Source: an uncultured archaeon
GTDB lineage: Archaea > Micrarchaeota > Micrarchaeia > Micrarchaeales > CABMGC01
Reading direction: 5' to 3'
Assembly: GCA_963704435.1 (NCBI GenBank)
Contig: OY969902.1
Coordinates: 330,001-362,000, forward strand
DNA: 32,000 bases
Shown here: piece by piece, positions 6,562 through 15,231 of the stretch
Layout: each line of letters starts with the position of its first letter
Position numbering within the stretch: position 1 is the stretch's first letter
Position numbers and translations under genes: made by a program
The notes under the pieces: generated by a model
The model's input: only the letters and a program-made list of their open reading frames with translations
Database searches by the model: none
Told to the model about the DNA's origin: nothing

Positions 6562-9500
6562 ATGGCCCGCAGTAAGCTCCAGTTATCCATAGAGTTCATG
6601 ATGGTCTTCTCCTTCGTGCTCGTGGTCTTCACCTTCCTGTTCGCGCTCGTGGCCACCCAGAGAGCGCAGACGCTGAACAGCCAGGAGTTCGAGCAGGGCC
6701 AGCTTGTCGCGCAGAGCGTGGCGGCGCAGCTCGACAGGGCGCTGCAGGCGGGGAACGGGTACTACGCCGCGATACCAATCACGAGCGCGCTGGGCACTCT
6801 GAACTACAAGCTGGCGATAACCAAGGGCGGGGCGGTGGTCGTCAACACCACGATAAACAAGCAGGTGACGCAGGCGATATCCTACAGCTCCGTGAAGCAG
6901 GTGGTCTCGAACCCGTCGTTCATACCCGCAGGTCTTCCTACGAACGCGGTGAGCTACTACCTGATGCCGATAGCCAACGGCACGCTGACGATACAGAACT
7001 CATTCGGGACAATCTGCGTCGACTATGCATGCCCAACCACGAGCAACACGGCAACCAACGTCAGCATGTCGGAGCAGGTAGTGCACGCAGCAAACTTCAA
7101 CGGGCAGAGCAGCTATATACAAGTAAACAATCCCTTCAGTACCAGTTGGTATTTTTATTGGCATTACGGGAGTGCTAATGTGGTTGCAGCAATAGTCGGC
7201 TCTACGGTGTATTCGTCCACTACACTTCATCCGAATGTGTGGTCGCACGTCTGCTTTACTTATTTATCTGGTTCGGGAACGCTAAATATCTATGCCAATG
7301 GTGCTCCAGCTGGCTCAGGTTCGGCGACAGGTGGTAGTACCCTATCAGTATGTGCATGGATTTATCCAACAAGCAGCGCGATAGGAGACATCACAAGCAG
7401 TGAAGATTCTACCAACTATGCGCTAATCGGTGCAAGAAACCCAACCACCAACCTCTTTCAGGGCTCCATCTCCAACGTCCAGATATACAACATCGCCCTT
7501 TCATCGAGCCAAGTTTCCGCACTCTACGCAGAGGGCATAACAGGCAGCCCACTCGCAGGGGCGGGGAATATCGGATGGTGGCCGCTCAACGGCAACGCGA
7601 ATGACTACTCAGGCAATGGCAACAATGGAAACGTCATAGAATCAATGATGTACACCACAGTGGCGCAGCTCTCCGCAAAAGTAACGAACCCGCTTGGCCA
7701 GCCGCTCGCAAATGCGCTTGTAGGATTTACTACCACTCTCGGCAACCTCACAAAAGGCCAGGTCGCCATTAACTACACCAACGGAAACGGCATCGCGACA
7801 GCGTTCCTGGACCAGCAGGGGAACAGCGGCCAGGCGCTGGTGAAGGCCACCGCATACAACGGCAATACGGCGCTGCAGGGCAACCTGGTAAGCTGGTATC
7901 CGCTCAACCTGGACCAAGGAAGCACGGTCCCCGACCTTAGCGGCAATGGCAACAACGGGGCGATGCTCTACACTAGCTGGAGCGACCCGAACTACGTGGC
8001 TGGATTTGACGGGCAGAGCAGCTATATTTCAACTTTCTCAAATAATTTTCCTACGGGCTCAAGTGCCTATTCGGTATTCGCTTGGGTTTATTTGACTTCC
8101 AATGTCCCAACAGCCATTCAGGCAATAGACTATTATGGGACCCAGGGCACGAGCTACGCGACGCGCATCTTCTCAACGGTTGGGCAGACACTTTGTTTCT
8201 TTGGAGGATCCGATACTTTCCAATCAACGCTAACAGTCCCTCTAAATACCTGGACGCTTGTTGGAGTGACCTATCAAGCATCCTCAACGCAAGTCACAAT
8301 ATACATGAATGGACAGTCGCAGATAGGAACACTGAGCGGAAGTACCGCGTTAAATACCCCTTCAGGGACGATAAACTATGTTGGCGGGAATCCCACCTAC
8401 TTGTGGTGGTTTCCGGGCAGAATTGCAAATGTACAGATGTACAGCACCGCCCTTTCGGCAAACCAGGTCCAGCAGCTCTACCCGAGCGGTATTTCCAGTC
8501 CTCCAATCGCGGGCTCGGGGCTCGTCGGTTGGTGGCCGCTCAACGGCAACGCGAACGACTACACCAGCAATAACAACAACGGTGCCATTTACGGGAACCT
8601 TAACTTCGCAAGCACGTCCTCGATTCCAAGCCCAAATGCGAACGCCACGAGCATGTTTGCCGGGGGATTCAACGGAATCAGCAGTCAAGTGACGGTAGCC
8701 TCTACCGCAATTCCGAACGCTGCCACTCTTATAGCATGGATATATCCCTATAACGTAATAGGAGAATCGGGATGCTCCAAGGAAGCCAGCGGTTGCATAT
8801 CCATAATGGGATACTCTCCGGCCTCCGCAGAATATGATCTTTGGCTTTATCTCACCAATGGGCAGCTCGGAGGCACGGCATACAGCACGACGTATCCCAT
8901 GCTTCACGGAGGCACCACCATAACTGCAAATAATTGGTATCAGGTCGCCATGACTGCATCAAATACGCTTGGCACTCTCTCTCTGTATATCAACGGCGTG
9001 AACGTGGGAACGAATGCTATAGTGAGTCAGGGATTTTGGACTGGCGGGAATCCGGAAATCGGAAATCTGAGAGCAGGGCAGACTACTAACTTCAATGGCC
9101 TCATCTCTAACGTCCAGCTCTACAACTCCACCCTGAACGCAAATCAAATCCGCACAAGCTACAGTGAAGGGATAGGCGGCCTTCCGCTCACTGCGAACCT
9201 CATCGGATGGTGGCCGCTCAACGGAAACGCGAACGACTACTCCATGGTGGGGAACAATGGGACCGCATCGAACGTCGTTTATCCCGCAATTCAGACGATG
9301 GGAGGAGGAATTCCCACCTATTCGCTGGGCTCGTACGGCGCGAACTTCAACGGCCAGAGCAGCTACGTAACCTTCGGAAACAGCATCAACCCTGGATTTG
9401 GCAGCTTCACTGTCGAGGGCTGGGCTTATGCCACAAACTACACCTACCCGAGGACGCGCATCCCCATAGGGAGCTACACGAGTTCCGGCAGCGGCTTGCC

Positions 9501-9912
9501 AGGATGGGGCATAGACGACGCCTATACTGCAGGCGCCATCACGATATATTTTTCGGACGGGACAAATAGGCTAAGCACCAGCATCCCTTGCGATCCGGGA
9601 TACAAGCCCACCGATACCCTGAACAGGTGGGCGCAGGTGGTGGTCGTTTTCAACAGGACATCGGGCAAGGCGATCGCATACGTAAATGGGGTGCAGCAAT
9701 CGACGCAGGTCTCCATCGCCGCGGTAACGGGAAACGTGTTTAACTCATATGCTGGAGAGCTCGGGCTCGTCGCCGGCTGGTACCTTAGCGGTTCGATGGC
9801 GGACGTCCAGCTATACAACGCCGCGCTGAACGCTAACCAGATCAAGCAGCTCTACCAGAGCCAGATGCCGCCCAGCGCCAGTGCAGCCGTTCCTTTGAGT
9901 TGGGTCCCATGA
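6562..9912 (+). CDS. Giant pilin-signal protein with four LamG (concanavalin A-like lectin) modules and one Ig-like insert
   Basis: Track start 6535 is GTG; the ATG at 6562 gives MARSKLQLSIEFMMVFSFVLVVFTFLFALVA (class III signal-like, Q+1...E+5). There are four modules, each starting near FNGQSSY/FDGQSSY and ending ISNVQIYNIALSSSQVSALYAEGITGSPL, IANVQMYSTALSANQVQQLYPSGISSPPI, ISNVQLYNSTLNANQIRTSYSEGIGGLPL and MADVQLYNAALNANQIKQLYQSQ. An Ig/Big-like segment (AKVTNPLGQPLANALVGFTTTLGN...NGIATAFLDQQGNSGQALVKATA) lies at about 7633..7890. Confidence 0.9.
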   Translation: MARSKLQLSIEFMMVFSFVLVVFTFLFALVATQRAQTLNSQEFEQGQLVAQSVAAQLDRALQAGNGYYAAIPITSALGTLNYKLAITKGGAVVVNTTINKQVTQAISYSSVKQVVSNPSFIPAGLPTNAVSYYLMPIANGTLTIQNSFGTICVDYACPTTSNTATNVSMSEQVVHAANFNGQSSYIQVNNPFSTSWYFYWHYGSANVVAAIVGSTVYSSTTLHPNVWSHVCFTYLSGSGTLNIYANGAPAGSGSATGGSTLSVCAWIYPTSSAIGDITSSEDSTNYALIGARNPTTNLFQGSISNVQIYNIALSSSQVSALYAEGITGSPLAGAGNIGWWPLNGNANDYSGNGNNGNVIESMMYTTVAQLSAKVTNPLGQPLANALVGFTTTLGNLTKGQVAINYTNGNGIATAFLDQQGNSGQALVKATAYNGNTALQGNLVSWYPLNLDQGSTVPDLSGNGNNGAMLYTSWSDPNYVAGFDGQSSYISTFSNNFPTGSSAYSVFAWVYLTSNVPTAIQAIDYYGTQGTSYATRIFSTVGQTLCFFGGSDTFQSTLTVPLNTWTLVGVTYQASSTQVTIYMNGQSQIGTLSGSTALNTPSGTINYVGGNPTYLWWFPGRIANVQMYSTALSANQVQQLYPSGISSPPIAGSGLVGWWPLNGNANDYTSNNNNGAIYGNLNFASTSSIPSPNANATSMFAGGFNGISSQVTVASTAIPNAATLIAWIYPYNVIGESGCSKEASGCISIMGYSPASAEYDLWLYLTNGQLGGTAYSTTYPMLHGGTTITANNWYQVAMTASNTLGTLSLYINGVNVGTNAIVSQGFWTGGNPEIGNLRAGQTTNFNGLISNVQLYNSTLNANQIRTSYSEGIGGLPLTANLIGWWPLNGNANDYSMVGNNGTASNVVYPAIQTMGGGIPTYSLGSYGANFNGQSSYVTFGNSINPGFGSFTVEGWAYATNYTYPRTRIPIGSYTSSGSGLPGWGIDDAYTAGAITIYFSDGTNRLSTSIPCDPGYKPTDTLNRWAQVVVVFNRTSGKAIAYVNGVQQSTQVSIAAVTGNVFNSYAGELGLVAGWYLSGSMADVQLYNAALNANQIKQLYQSQMPPSASAAVPLSWVP
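7571..7628 (+). repeat. LamG-junction DNA repeat, copy 1 of 5
   Basis: tcggatggtggccgctcaacggcaacgcgaatgactactcaggcaatggcaacaatgg encodes GWWPLNGNANDYSGNGNNG. Confidence 0.8.
8525..8582 (+). repeat. LamG-junction DNA repeat, copy 2 of 5
   Basis: tcggttggtggccgctcaacggcaacgcgaacgactacaccagcaataacaacaacgg; about 37 of the first 40 nt match copy 1 by eye. Confidence 0.8.
9203..9260 (+). repeat. LamG-junction DNA repeat, copy 3 of 5
   Basis: tcggatggtggccgctcaacggaaacgcgaacgactactccatggtggggaacaatgg; about 38 of the first 40 nt match copy 1 by eye. Confidence 0.8.
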
Positions 9913-10448
9913 AGGCGCAGTTCTGGTCTTTCGATGCAATATTCGCGATGGTGATATTCATAGCCGCGCTGGTCCTGCTGACGTTCGTCTGGAACAGCAT
10001 GAGCAACCAGTTCTCTCTCGCGTCCGGATTCGGCGTCGTGAACATGCAGGCCCAGCTGCAGAGCCTGCAGAACAGGATAATCACGCAGGGCGCACCCGCA
10101 AACTGGAACTCTCAGGTCAATGTCTCGAAAATCTCAACGTGGTCAAATGTGAGCATAGGCCTGGGAACAGGCGGAGGATCGTCGCTCTCGGTAAACAAGA
10201 TAATGACCTTTGTGGCGATGTCCGACCACAACAGCACGGCGTACCAGGCCACGAAGCCGCTTCTCGGAGTTGGCTATGATTATTATATCACAATATACGA
10301 AAGCAATGTGACGATTGGATTGGGGATTCCCCCATATGCGCACAGCCCAACAGCAATTCAGGTCGCAAGGCAGTCCGTAGTGGTAAACGGAGCACCTGCG
10401 CAGATGCAGATAATTGTCTGGACGAACAAGACCTTCGGTGTCAGTTGA
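9909..10448 (+). CDS. Small pilin-like protein with class III signal peptide
   Basis: The ATG at 9909 overlaps the upstream TGA (ATGA at 9909..9912). N-terminus is MKAQFWSFDAIFAMVIFIAALVLLTFVW (K-A then a hydrophobic stretch). 179 aa with several N-x-S/T sequons. Confidence 0.75.
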   Translation: MKAQFWSFDAIFAMVIFIAALVLLTFVWNSMSNQFSLASGFGVVNMQAQLQSLQNRIITQGAPANWNSQVNVSKISTWSNVSIGLGTGGGSSLSVNKIMTFVAMSDHNSTAYQATKPLLGVGYDYYITIYESNVTIGLGIPPYAHSPTAIQVARQSVVVNGAPAQMQIIVWTNKTFGVS

Positions 10449-12604
10449 TGAAAGGCGTGATGTTCACACTCGATGCGCTCTTCGCGCTGCTGATAGCGGC
10501 AGCAGGCATCTCTGTGCTGCTGTACTTCAACTACTATGCGCAGAACCCCTCCACGATTCCATACTCAAATGCGCAGTCAATCCTATATGACTTGCTATCG
10601 ACGCCCGTACAAAGCATCCAGAACAGTAGCGTACTCGCAAAGACCATGGCCAACCAGTTCGCAGGCGCAAATGAGACCTGGGCGCAGCTCATGGGCGGCG
10701 TAGCAAGAAACAGCAGCAATCCCATAGGTCCCATAAGACCGCTCATATCGTCAGTCTTCACGTCCGCCAACCCGATAACGACCGGAGTCGTCGCAGACTA
10801 CGGGAATATCTATTTCGCTTCAGGCAGCGGGCTCTATGCGGTAAACGCTACATCTAACCAGTCAATATGGAGCGTTTATGAAAGCGCTAGCGTCGTATCT
10901 GCCCCTGCGCTGTACCGCGGAACGGTGATATTCGCAACTTCCACGAATCTTATCGCCGTGGATGCGAGAACGGGTTCGACTCTCTGGAGCACAGCGATAT
11001 CTGGATTTACTCCTACTTCTTCAATAGCAGCCTATGACAACAGGGTGCTGTTCGGCGCTACGGACGGTAACGTGCACGCATATTATGCCAATAACGGGAC
11101 AGCCTTGTGGACATATTCTGTTGGGGGCTATCCAACGCTGATAACCGTGGCCTCAGGAAGTTTTGCAGTAAAAACTTCAGCGAACAATATCTTCCTCCTG
11201 TCTCAATTTGGAACTACGGCAAACCAGATCTGGAGCACGACCCCTCCCTCGCCTCCGACCAACGGCCTGGTTAGCGTCGGCAGCGCAATATATTTCGGAA
11301 CGAGCACGACCGCCAATGCGATAGCTATCAATTCTGTGCAGGCTGGCGGGTTTCCGGCGAGCGTGCCATCTGCGACAAGCGGAGTGGCTGCTTACAAAAG
11401 TTATGTAATATATCAAGGAGCTACAACAATCAATGCGCTTTCTACCTCTGGCGCACAGTATTGGAGCTTAAACCCGGTGCCCTCTTATTTCGGCAGCGGA
11501 ATAGCTAACGCAACTCCCGCAGTTTCAGGAAGCATGGTCTACACGCTCTGGGCGAACGGATTGGCGGGGCAGTACCTCAACAACGGAACGGTGGCGTGGT
11601 TCGCTCCGGTTACCGCGACACTCCCGTACATGGCGCTCGCGTACGGCAGGCTCTATGTGGTTTCCGGAAGCCAGGTGATTGCATACGGATCCTGCAACGC
11701 CCCCTTTAACGCGTCGATGCTCACCTCGATAGCCACTCTTACGCTTAATTCGCAATCGGGATGCGCGCTTGCGCTGTCTAACGTTGCGTATCCTGCGGCG
11801 AACTATACTGTGTTCGCGGGCAACGCCTCGAGCCGGAGAATCCAGGTTGCGAACTTCAACGGCGGGACAAGCAACTATGTGATTGCCACCTCCCCATCTG
11901 GATTAACGGGTAGCGGCTCAATCTGCGCATGGTTCTATCCATCTGCATCACAGATGTCTTATGCATACACGATAGGCGACTTTGGGACTTCGGGCACCGA
12001 TACGCATGAACTTGACCTTCTGATAAATGGAGGAATATTTCAGGTTTTGAATGCTGTTGGAGGGACAGAATACGCCCTAACCACGGCCTCTCCCGCATTG
12101 GGAACTTGGCATTTGGGTTGTGCAACCTGGACAGGTTCTAACATGTATCTCTATCTTGACGGAGTCCCTCCTGTTTCTAACGCGTATGGAACTACGGATC
12201 CTCTTGATTGGTCGTCCATCTCCTATATTGGCGCCAGGCCAGGCGCAGGCAACCAGGTATGGCTGGGACAACTATCAAACTTCCAGATCTACGGATCCGC
12301 CCTCTCTGCTAATCAGGTGCAAGCGCTCTACCAGGAGGGCATCTCAGGACCTCCAATCAGCTCGGCCAGCCCCAGAGCGTGGTATCCGCTCGAAGGGGAC
12401 ACGAACGACTATGCAGGATTCAGCTCGGGATATGCGGCTAACGTGAACTTCGTGGCGCAGAACGCGATCTCGCCACACTTCTCGAACGCCTATTCCATAA
12501 GCGAGTCCCGCACCCTGCTGCCGCTGCTGAACTATTCAAGATTGACATATAACGCAATAGGCGCGTACGGAGTCTATCCTGTAGGTGTTTATTCATGGAG
12601 ATGA
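10448..12604 (+). CDS. Pilin-signal protein with PQQ-like beta-propeller repeats and one C-terminal LamG module
   Basis: The ATG at 10448 shares its A with the upstream TGA (10446..10448). N-terminus is MKGVMFTLDALFALLIAAAGISVLLYF. Repeated blades of the type GNIYFASGSGLYAVNATSNQSIWS, GTVIFATSTNLIAVDARTGSTLWS and NRVLFGATDGNVHAYYANNGTALWT span about 10790..11693. A LamG module follows (ANFNGGTSNYV ... LSNFQIYGSALSANQVQALYQEGISGPPI). Confidence 0.9.
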   Translation: MKGVMFTLDALFALLIAAAGISVLLYFNYYAQNPSTIPYSNAQSILYDLLSTPVQSIQNSSVLAKTMANQFAGANETWAQLMGGVARNSSNPIGPIRPLISSVFTSANPITTGVVADYGNIYFASGSGLYAVNATSNQSIWSVYESASVVSAPALYRGTVIFATSTNLIAVDARTGSTLWSTAISGFTPTSSIAAYDNRVLFGATDGNVHAYYANNGTALWTYSVGGYPTLITVASGSFAVKTSANNIFLLSQFGTTANQIWSTTPPSPPTNGLVSVGSAIYFGTSTTANAIAINSVQAGGFPASVPSATSGVAAYKSYVIYQGATTINALSTSGAQYWSLNPVPSYFGSGIANATPAVSGSMVYTLWANGLAGQYLNNGTVAWFAPVTATLPYMALAYGRLYVVSGSQVIAYGSCNAPFNASMLTSIATLTLNSQSGCALALSNVAYPAANYTVFAGNASSRRIQVANFNGGTSNYVIATSPSGLTGSGSICAWFYPSASQMSYAYTIGDFGTSGTDTHELDLLINGGIFQVLNAVGGTEYALTTASPALGTWHLGCATWTGSNMYLYLDGVPPVSNAYGTTDPLDWSSISYIGARPGAGNQVWLGQLSNFQIYGSALSANQVQALYQEGISGPPISSASPRAWYPLEGDTNDYAGFSSGYAANVNFVAQNAISPHFSNAYSISESRTLLPLLNYSRLTYNAIGAYGVYPVGVYSWR

Positions 12605-15195
12605 AGTCAATCCTCAGGAGGTCGCACAAGGCACAGCTAATGACAATACTGGTGCTGGTGCTCTTCATGCTCATGCTGGCTGAGCTGTTCGCGTTCGCTC
12701 TGCTGAACGTGAACTCGAACAGCATGGCGCAGCAGCTCACAGTATCGCTCAGCACGAACAATTACGGCAGCCTTCTTAAGCAGAGCGCGGGAGCATTCGC
12801 GCAGGCGAGCATGTATGGCGCCCTTGCGGCGATAACGAATTACGAATACAGCCCTGCGCTCAGGAAGGGCAACTTCATAGCCAATTTCAGCCAGTACATG
12901 TCGTATCTCATGACGAACGGGATTCTCCCAAACGATGTCTCGGGATATCCGCAGAACGCGATGGGAAATCTCACTCTCGCAAGCTACAACGCTTCCATAT
13001 CAAAGCTCGTGGGTTTCGCCTCGCAGAACGTAATCGTGAACGAGACCGCGCCCAGGATCTTCCAAACGGATCCGTTCCATCTGCGCGTATCATACACGGA
13101 GAACATAGCGATAAACGCGTCAGGAAGCATCTACAGGTATAGCATACCCGTCAACGCGTCGATAAACCTCAACAATACGCCCGACCTCTTCTACGCGCAG
13201 CAGGGCATTCTCAGAACGGTAAAGTTCGCGAGCGCAAGCAATCTGACTTCTGTCGTCTCGGGCTCTTATGCCACTTCGGGCAACACTATCGACTATGCCT
13301 ATGGCACGGTATACGCAATCTCAAGCAGTTCCACGAGCAGCGCCACCTGCTCGGGCGGCTACGTAGCTGGCATGCCCTCCCAGTTCAACTCCGCGCTCGC
13401 GAACTCCCTGATAATATCCACTTACAACGCGTTGAGCCTAAGCTCATGCATAACCAGCTATGGGGGCCTCGTATCCTATATCGCGCCTTCGAGTCTACCG
13501 GCCATGCCTTATCTCACATACTCCTCATCATCAGGAGTCGTGGCGAGCCTGCCCACAGGCATGCACGTCCTGCTCTACGGCCCGGGGATGGACGTGCTGA
13601 ACATAGAGAACCTGAGGAACGCGGTCATGAACGCCAACTACTTCCCTTCGCAGTTCACGCCCTCGTTCATCGACAGGGCGAATGCGAACTTCGCCGACCA
13701 GTCGCCCAACGGCATATTCTCCTTCAACAACTACAACACCCAGATTGCGAGCTTCAACGGCGCCAGCAGTTTCGTGGATGTACCATACAATTCCGTAATC
13801 GAGGGCATGACGAGCAACATCGCCGTGAGTGCATGGGTTAGTACGGCTTCGTCCTCAGCCCAGGTTATCTTCTCGGCGTGGGACGGCACCAACGGCTACC
13901 AGCTATACTCGAATAGTGGCAACGTTATCCTATGGTCCAATGGCGGCGGATCCCTCGTCTCTCCCAAGCGCGTCAACGACGGCAACTGGCACTACATAGT
14001 CGGAGTCTACACCAGCTCCATGAAGTACCTCTATGTGGATGGCGTGCTGGTCGCCAGCGGATCAGGCACACTCTCCGCCTCGACCAAGGATGCGCAGATA
14101 GGCACACAGTGCTCCGGTTCGGGCGGCACTACCTGCAGCGACTTCTTCTCCAACTCCATCGCTAATGTACAGCTATACGGCCTGCCGTTAACGGCGGCGC
14201 AGGTCCAGCAGATCTACCAGGAGGGCATCTCCGGCCTCCCGATAGCCAACGCGGGATTGGTCGGGTGGTGGCCACTCAACGGGAACGCCAACGATTTCTC
14301 TGGCAACAGCAACAACGGTGTGCCAAACTACGTTACATATAGATTGCCCTCAAACTATGCCCGGGACAGCATTCTCGTCGCCAATACGCCAATGGCTCCC
14401 CAGCCGCTCCCAGGAATCCTTTCCTGCACGTCGAACAGCCAGTGCGCGAGCAACAGCCTGCCGATGCTTTACCTCAGCTACATGCCGCTCGCGGTCCAGA
14501 GCGGGATCATGCAGTCAGGGGGATTCAACGGCTGGACCAACTACATAAGCGTGTCTTCCAGCGCTCTGGACACGGGCAGCGCGGTCACGATGGTGGTCTG
14601 GAGCGACCAACTCGGATCAGGGAACCAGGGGACGCGCGGCATAATGTTCTCGCAATATTCGACATATCTGGACGTTTGCTACAGCGGCGCGCCGCTGTTT
14701 GCTGTCGAGAACTTAGGAGGCACCCAGATACTCGCGCAGGGGGGGACCTGCCCTACCGCAGGGGTGTGGAGGCAGTATGTTGGCACCTATGACGGCTCAA
14801 CGATGCGGCTGTACATAAATGGCGTTCAGGTAGGAAGCAATTCCCAGAGCGGCACGCTGGGTCCCGCGGCAGTGAATATCGGGGAATACTACGCCGGCAG
14901 CTACAATTTCAATGGCCTGCTATCGAACGTGCAGCTCTACAACGCAGCCCTGTCCGCGACCCAGGTGAGCAGCCTCTATCAAGAAGGCATCGCGGGCATA
15001 CCGTTAACGGCGAATCTCGTCGGATGGTGGCCGCTCAACGGCAATGCCAACGACTACAGCGGCAACGGGAACAGCGGGGTTCCGGTCAACGGAGTCATCT
15101 ATCCTTACTTCTCGGGAACGTACAACGCCCCGGGCTTGTCGTCCATCGCCACGACGGCGAACGAGTGGCAGGCGCTCGGCCTTGCGAACACGTGA
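12595..15195 (+). CDS. Pilin-signal protein with two LamG modules
   Basis: ATG at 12595; an alternative ATG at 12601 forms an ATGA overlap with the upstream stop. The N-terminus ...RRSHKAQLMTILVLVLFMLMLAELFAFALL has K-A then a hydrophobic stretch. LamG modules end IANVQLYGLPLTAAQVQQIYQEGISGLPI and LSNVQLYNAALSATQVSSLYQEGIAGIPL. The protein stops shortly after a final GWWPLNGNANDYSGNGNSG motif. Confidence 0.9.
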   Translation: MEMKSILRRSHKAQLMTILVLVLFMLMLAELFAFALLNVNSNSMAQQLTVSLSTNNYGSLLKQSAGAFAQASMYGALAAITNYEYSPALRKGNFIANFSQYMSYLMTNGILPNDVSGYPQNAMGNLTLASYNASISKLVGFASQNVIVNETAPRIFQTDPFHLRVSYTENIAINASGSIYRYSIPVNASINLNNTPDLFYAQQGILRTVKFASASNLTSVVSGSYATSGNTIDYAYGTVYAISSSSTSSATCSGGYVAGMPSQFNSALANSLIISTYNALSLSSCITSYGGLVSYIAPSSLPAMPYLTYSSSSGVVASLPTGMHVLLYGPGMDVLNIENLRNAVMNANYFPSQFTPSFIDRANANFADQSPNGIFSFNNYNTQIASFNGASSFVDVPYNSVIEGMTSNIAVSAWVSTASSSAQVIFSAWDGTNGYQLYSNSGNVILWSNGGGSLVSPKRVNDGNWHYIVGVYTSSMKYLYVDGVLVASGSGTLSASTKDAQIGTQCSGSGGTTCSDFFSNSIANVQLYGLPLTAAQVQQIYQEGISGLPIANAGLVGWWPLNGNANDFSGNSNNGVPNYVTYRLPSNYARDSILVANTPMAPQPLPGILSCTSNSQCASNSLPMLYLSYMPLAVQSGIMQSGGFNGWTNYISVSSSALDTGSAVTMVVWSDQLGSGNQGTRGIMFSQYSTYLDVCYSGAPLFAVENLGGTQILAQGGTCPTAGVWRQYVGTYDGSTMRLYINGVQVGSNSQSGTLGPAAVNIGEYYAGSYNFNGLLSNVQLYNAALSATQVSSLYQEGIAGIPLTANLVGWWPLNGNANDYSGNGNSGVPVNGVIYPYFSGTYNAPGLSSIATTANEWQALGLANT
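14261..14318 (+). repeat. LamG-junction DNA repeat, copy 4 of 5 (most diverged)
   Basis: tcgggtggtggccactcaacgggaacgccaacgatttctctggcaacagcaacaacgg, located in the third large gene. Confidence 0.7.
15019..15076 (+). repeat. LamG-junction DNA repeat, copy 5 of 5
   Basis: tcggatggtggccgctcaacggcaatgccaacgactacagcggcaacgggaacagcgg, close to the 3' end of the third large gene with no LamG body after it. Confidence 0.8.
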
Positions 15196-15231
15196 GCTTT
15201 ACCGAGCTGCACCCCCTTCCGCCTCTCGGGA

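Noticed and set aside
8082-9569. Alternative-frame ORFs inside the 1116 aa LamG gene (8082..8573 +, 8378..8692 +, 8362..8907 -, 9207..9569 +)
   Set aside because: They have no motifs and odd composition, and they are fully nested in a frame with strong repeated LamG signatures.
14739-14745. G7 homopolymer inside the last LamG module, considered as a slipped-strand phase-variation switch
   Set aside because: The tract is short, it is the only one noticed in the pilin genes, and there is no population evidence. It was noted and not pursued.
7571-15076. Regularly recurring roughly 58-nt repeats, considered as a CRISPR-like or other non-coding array
   Set aside because: The repeats are in frame inside long ORFs, encode the same peptide each time, and are spaced irregularly (about 680-5000 nt). 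There are no short uniform spacers and no cas genes.
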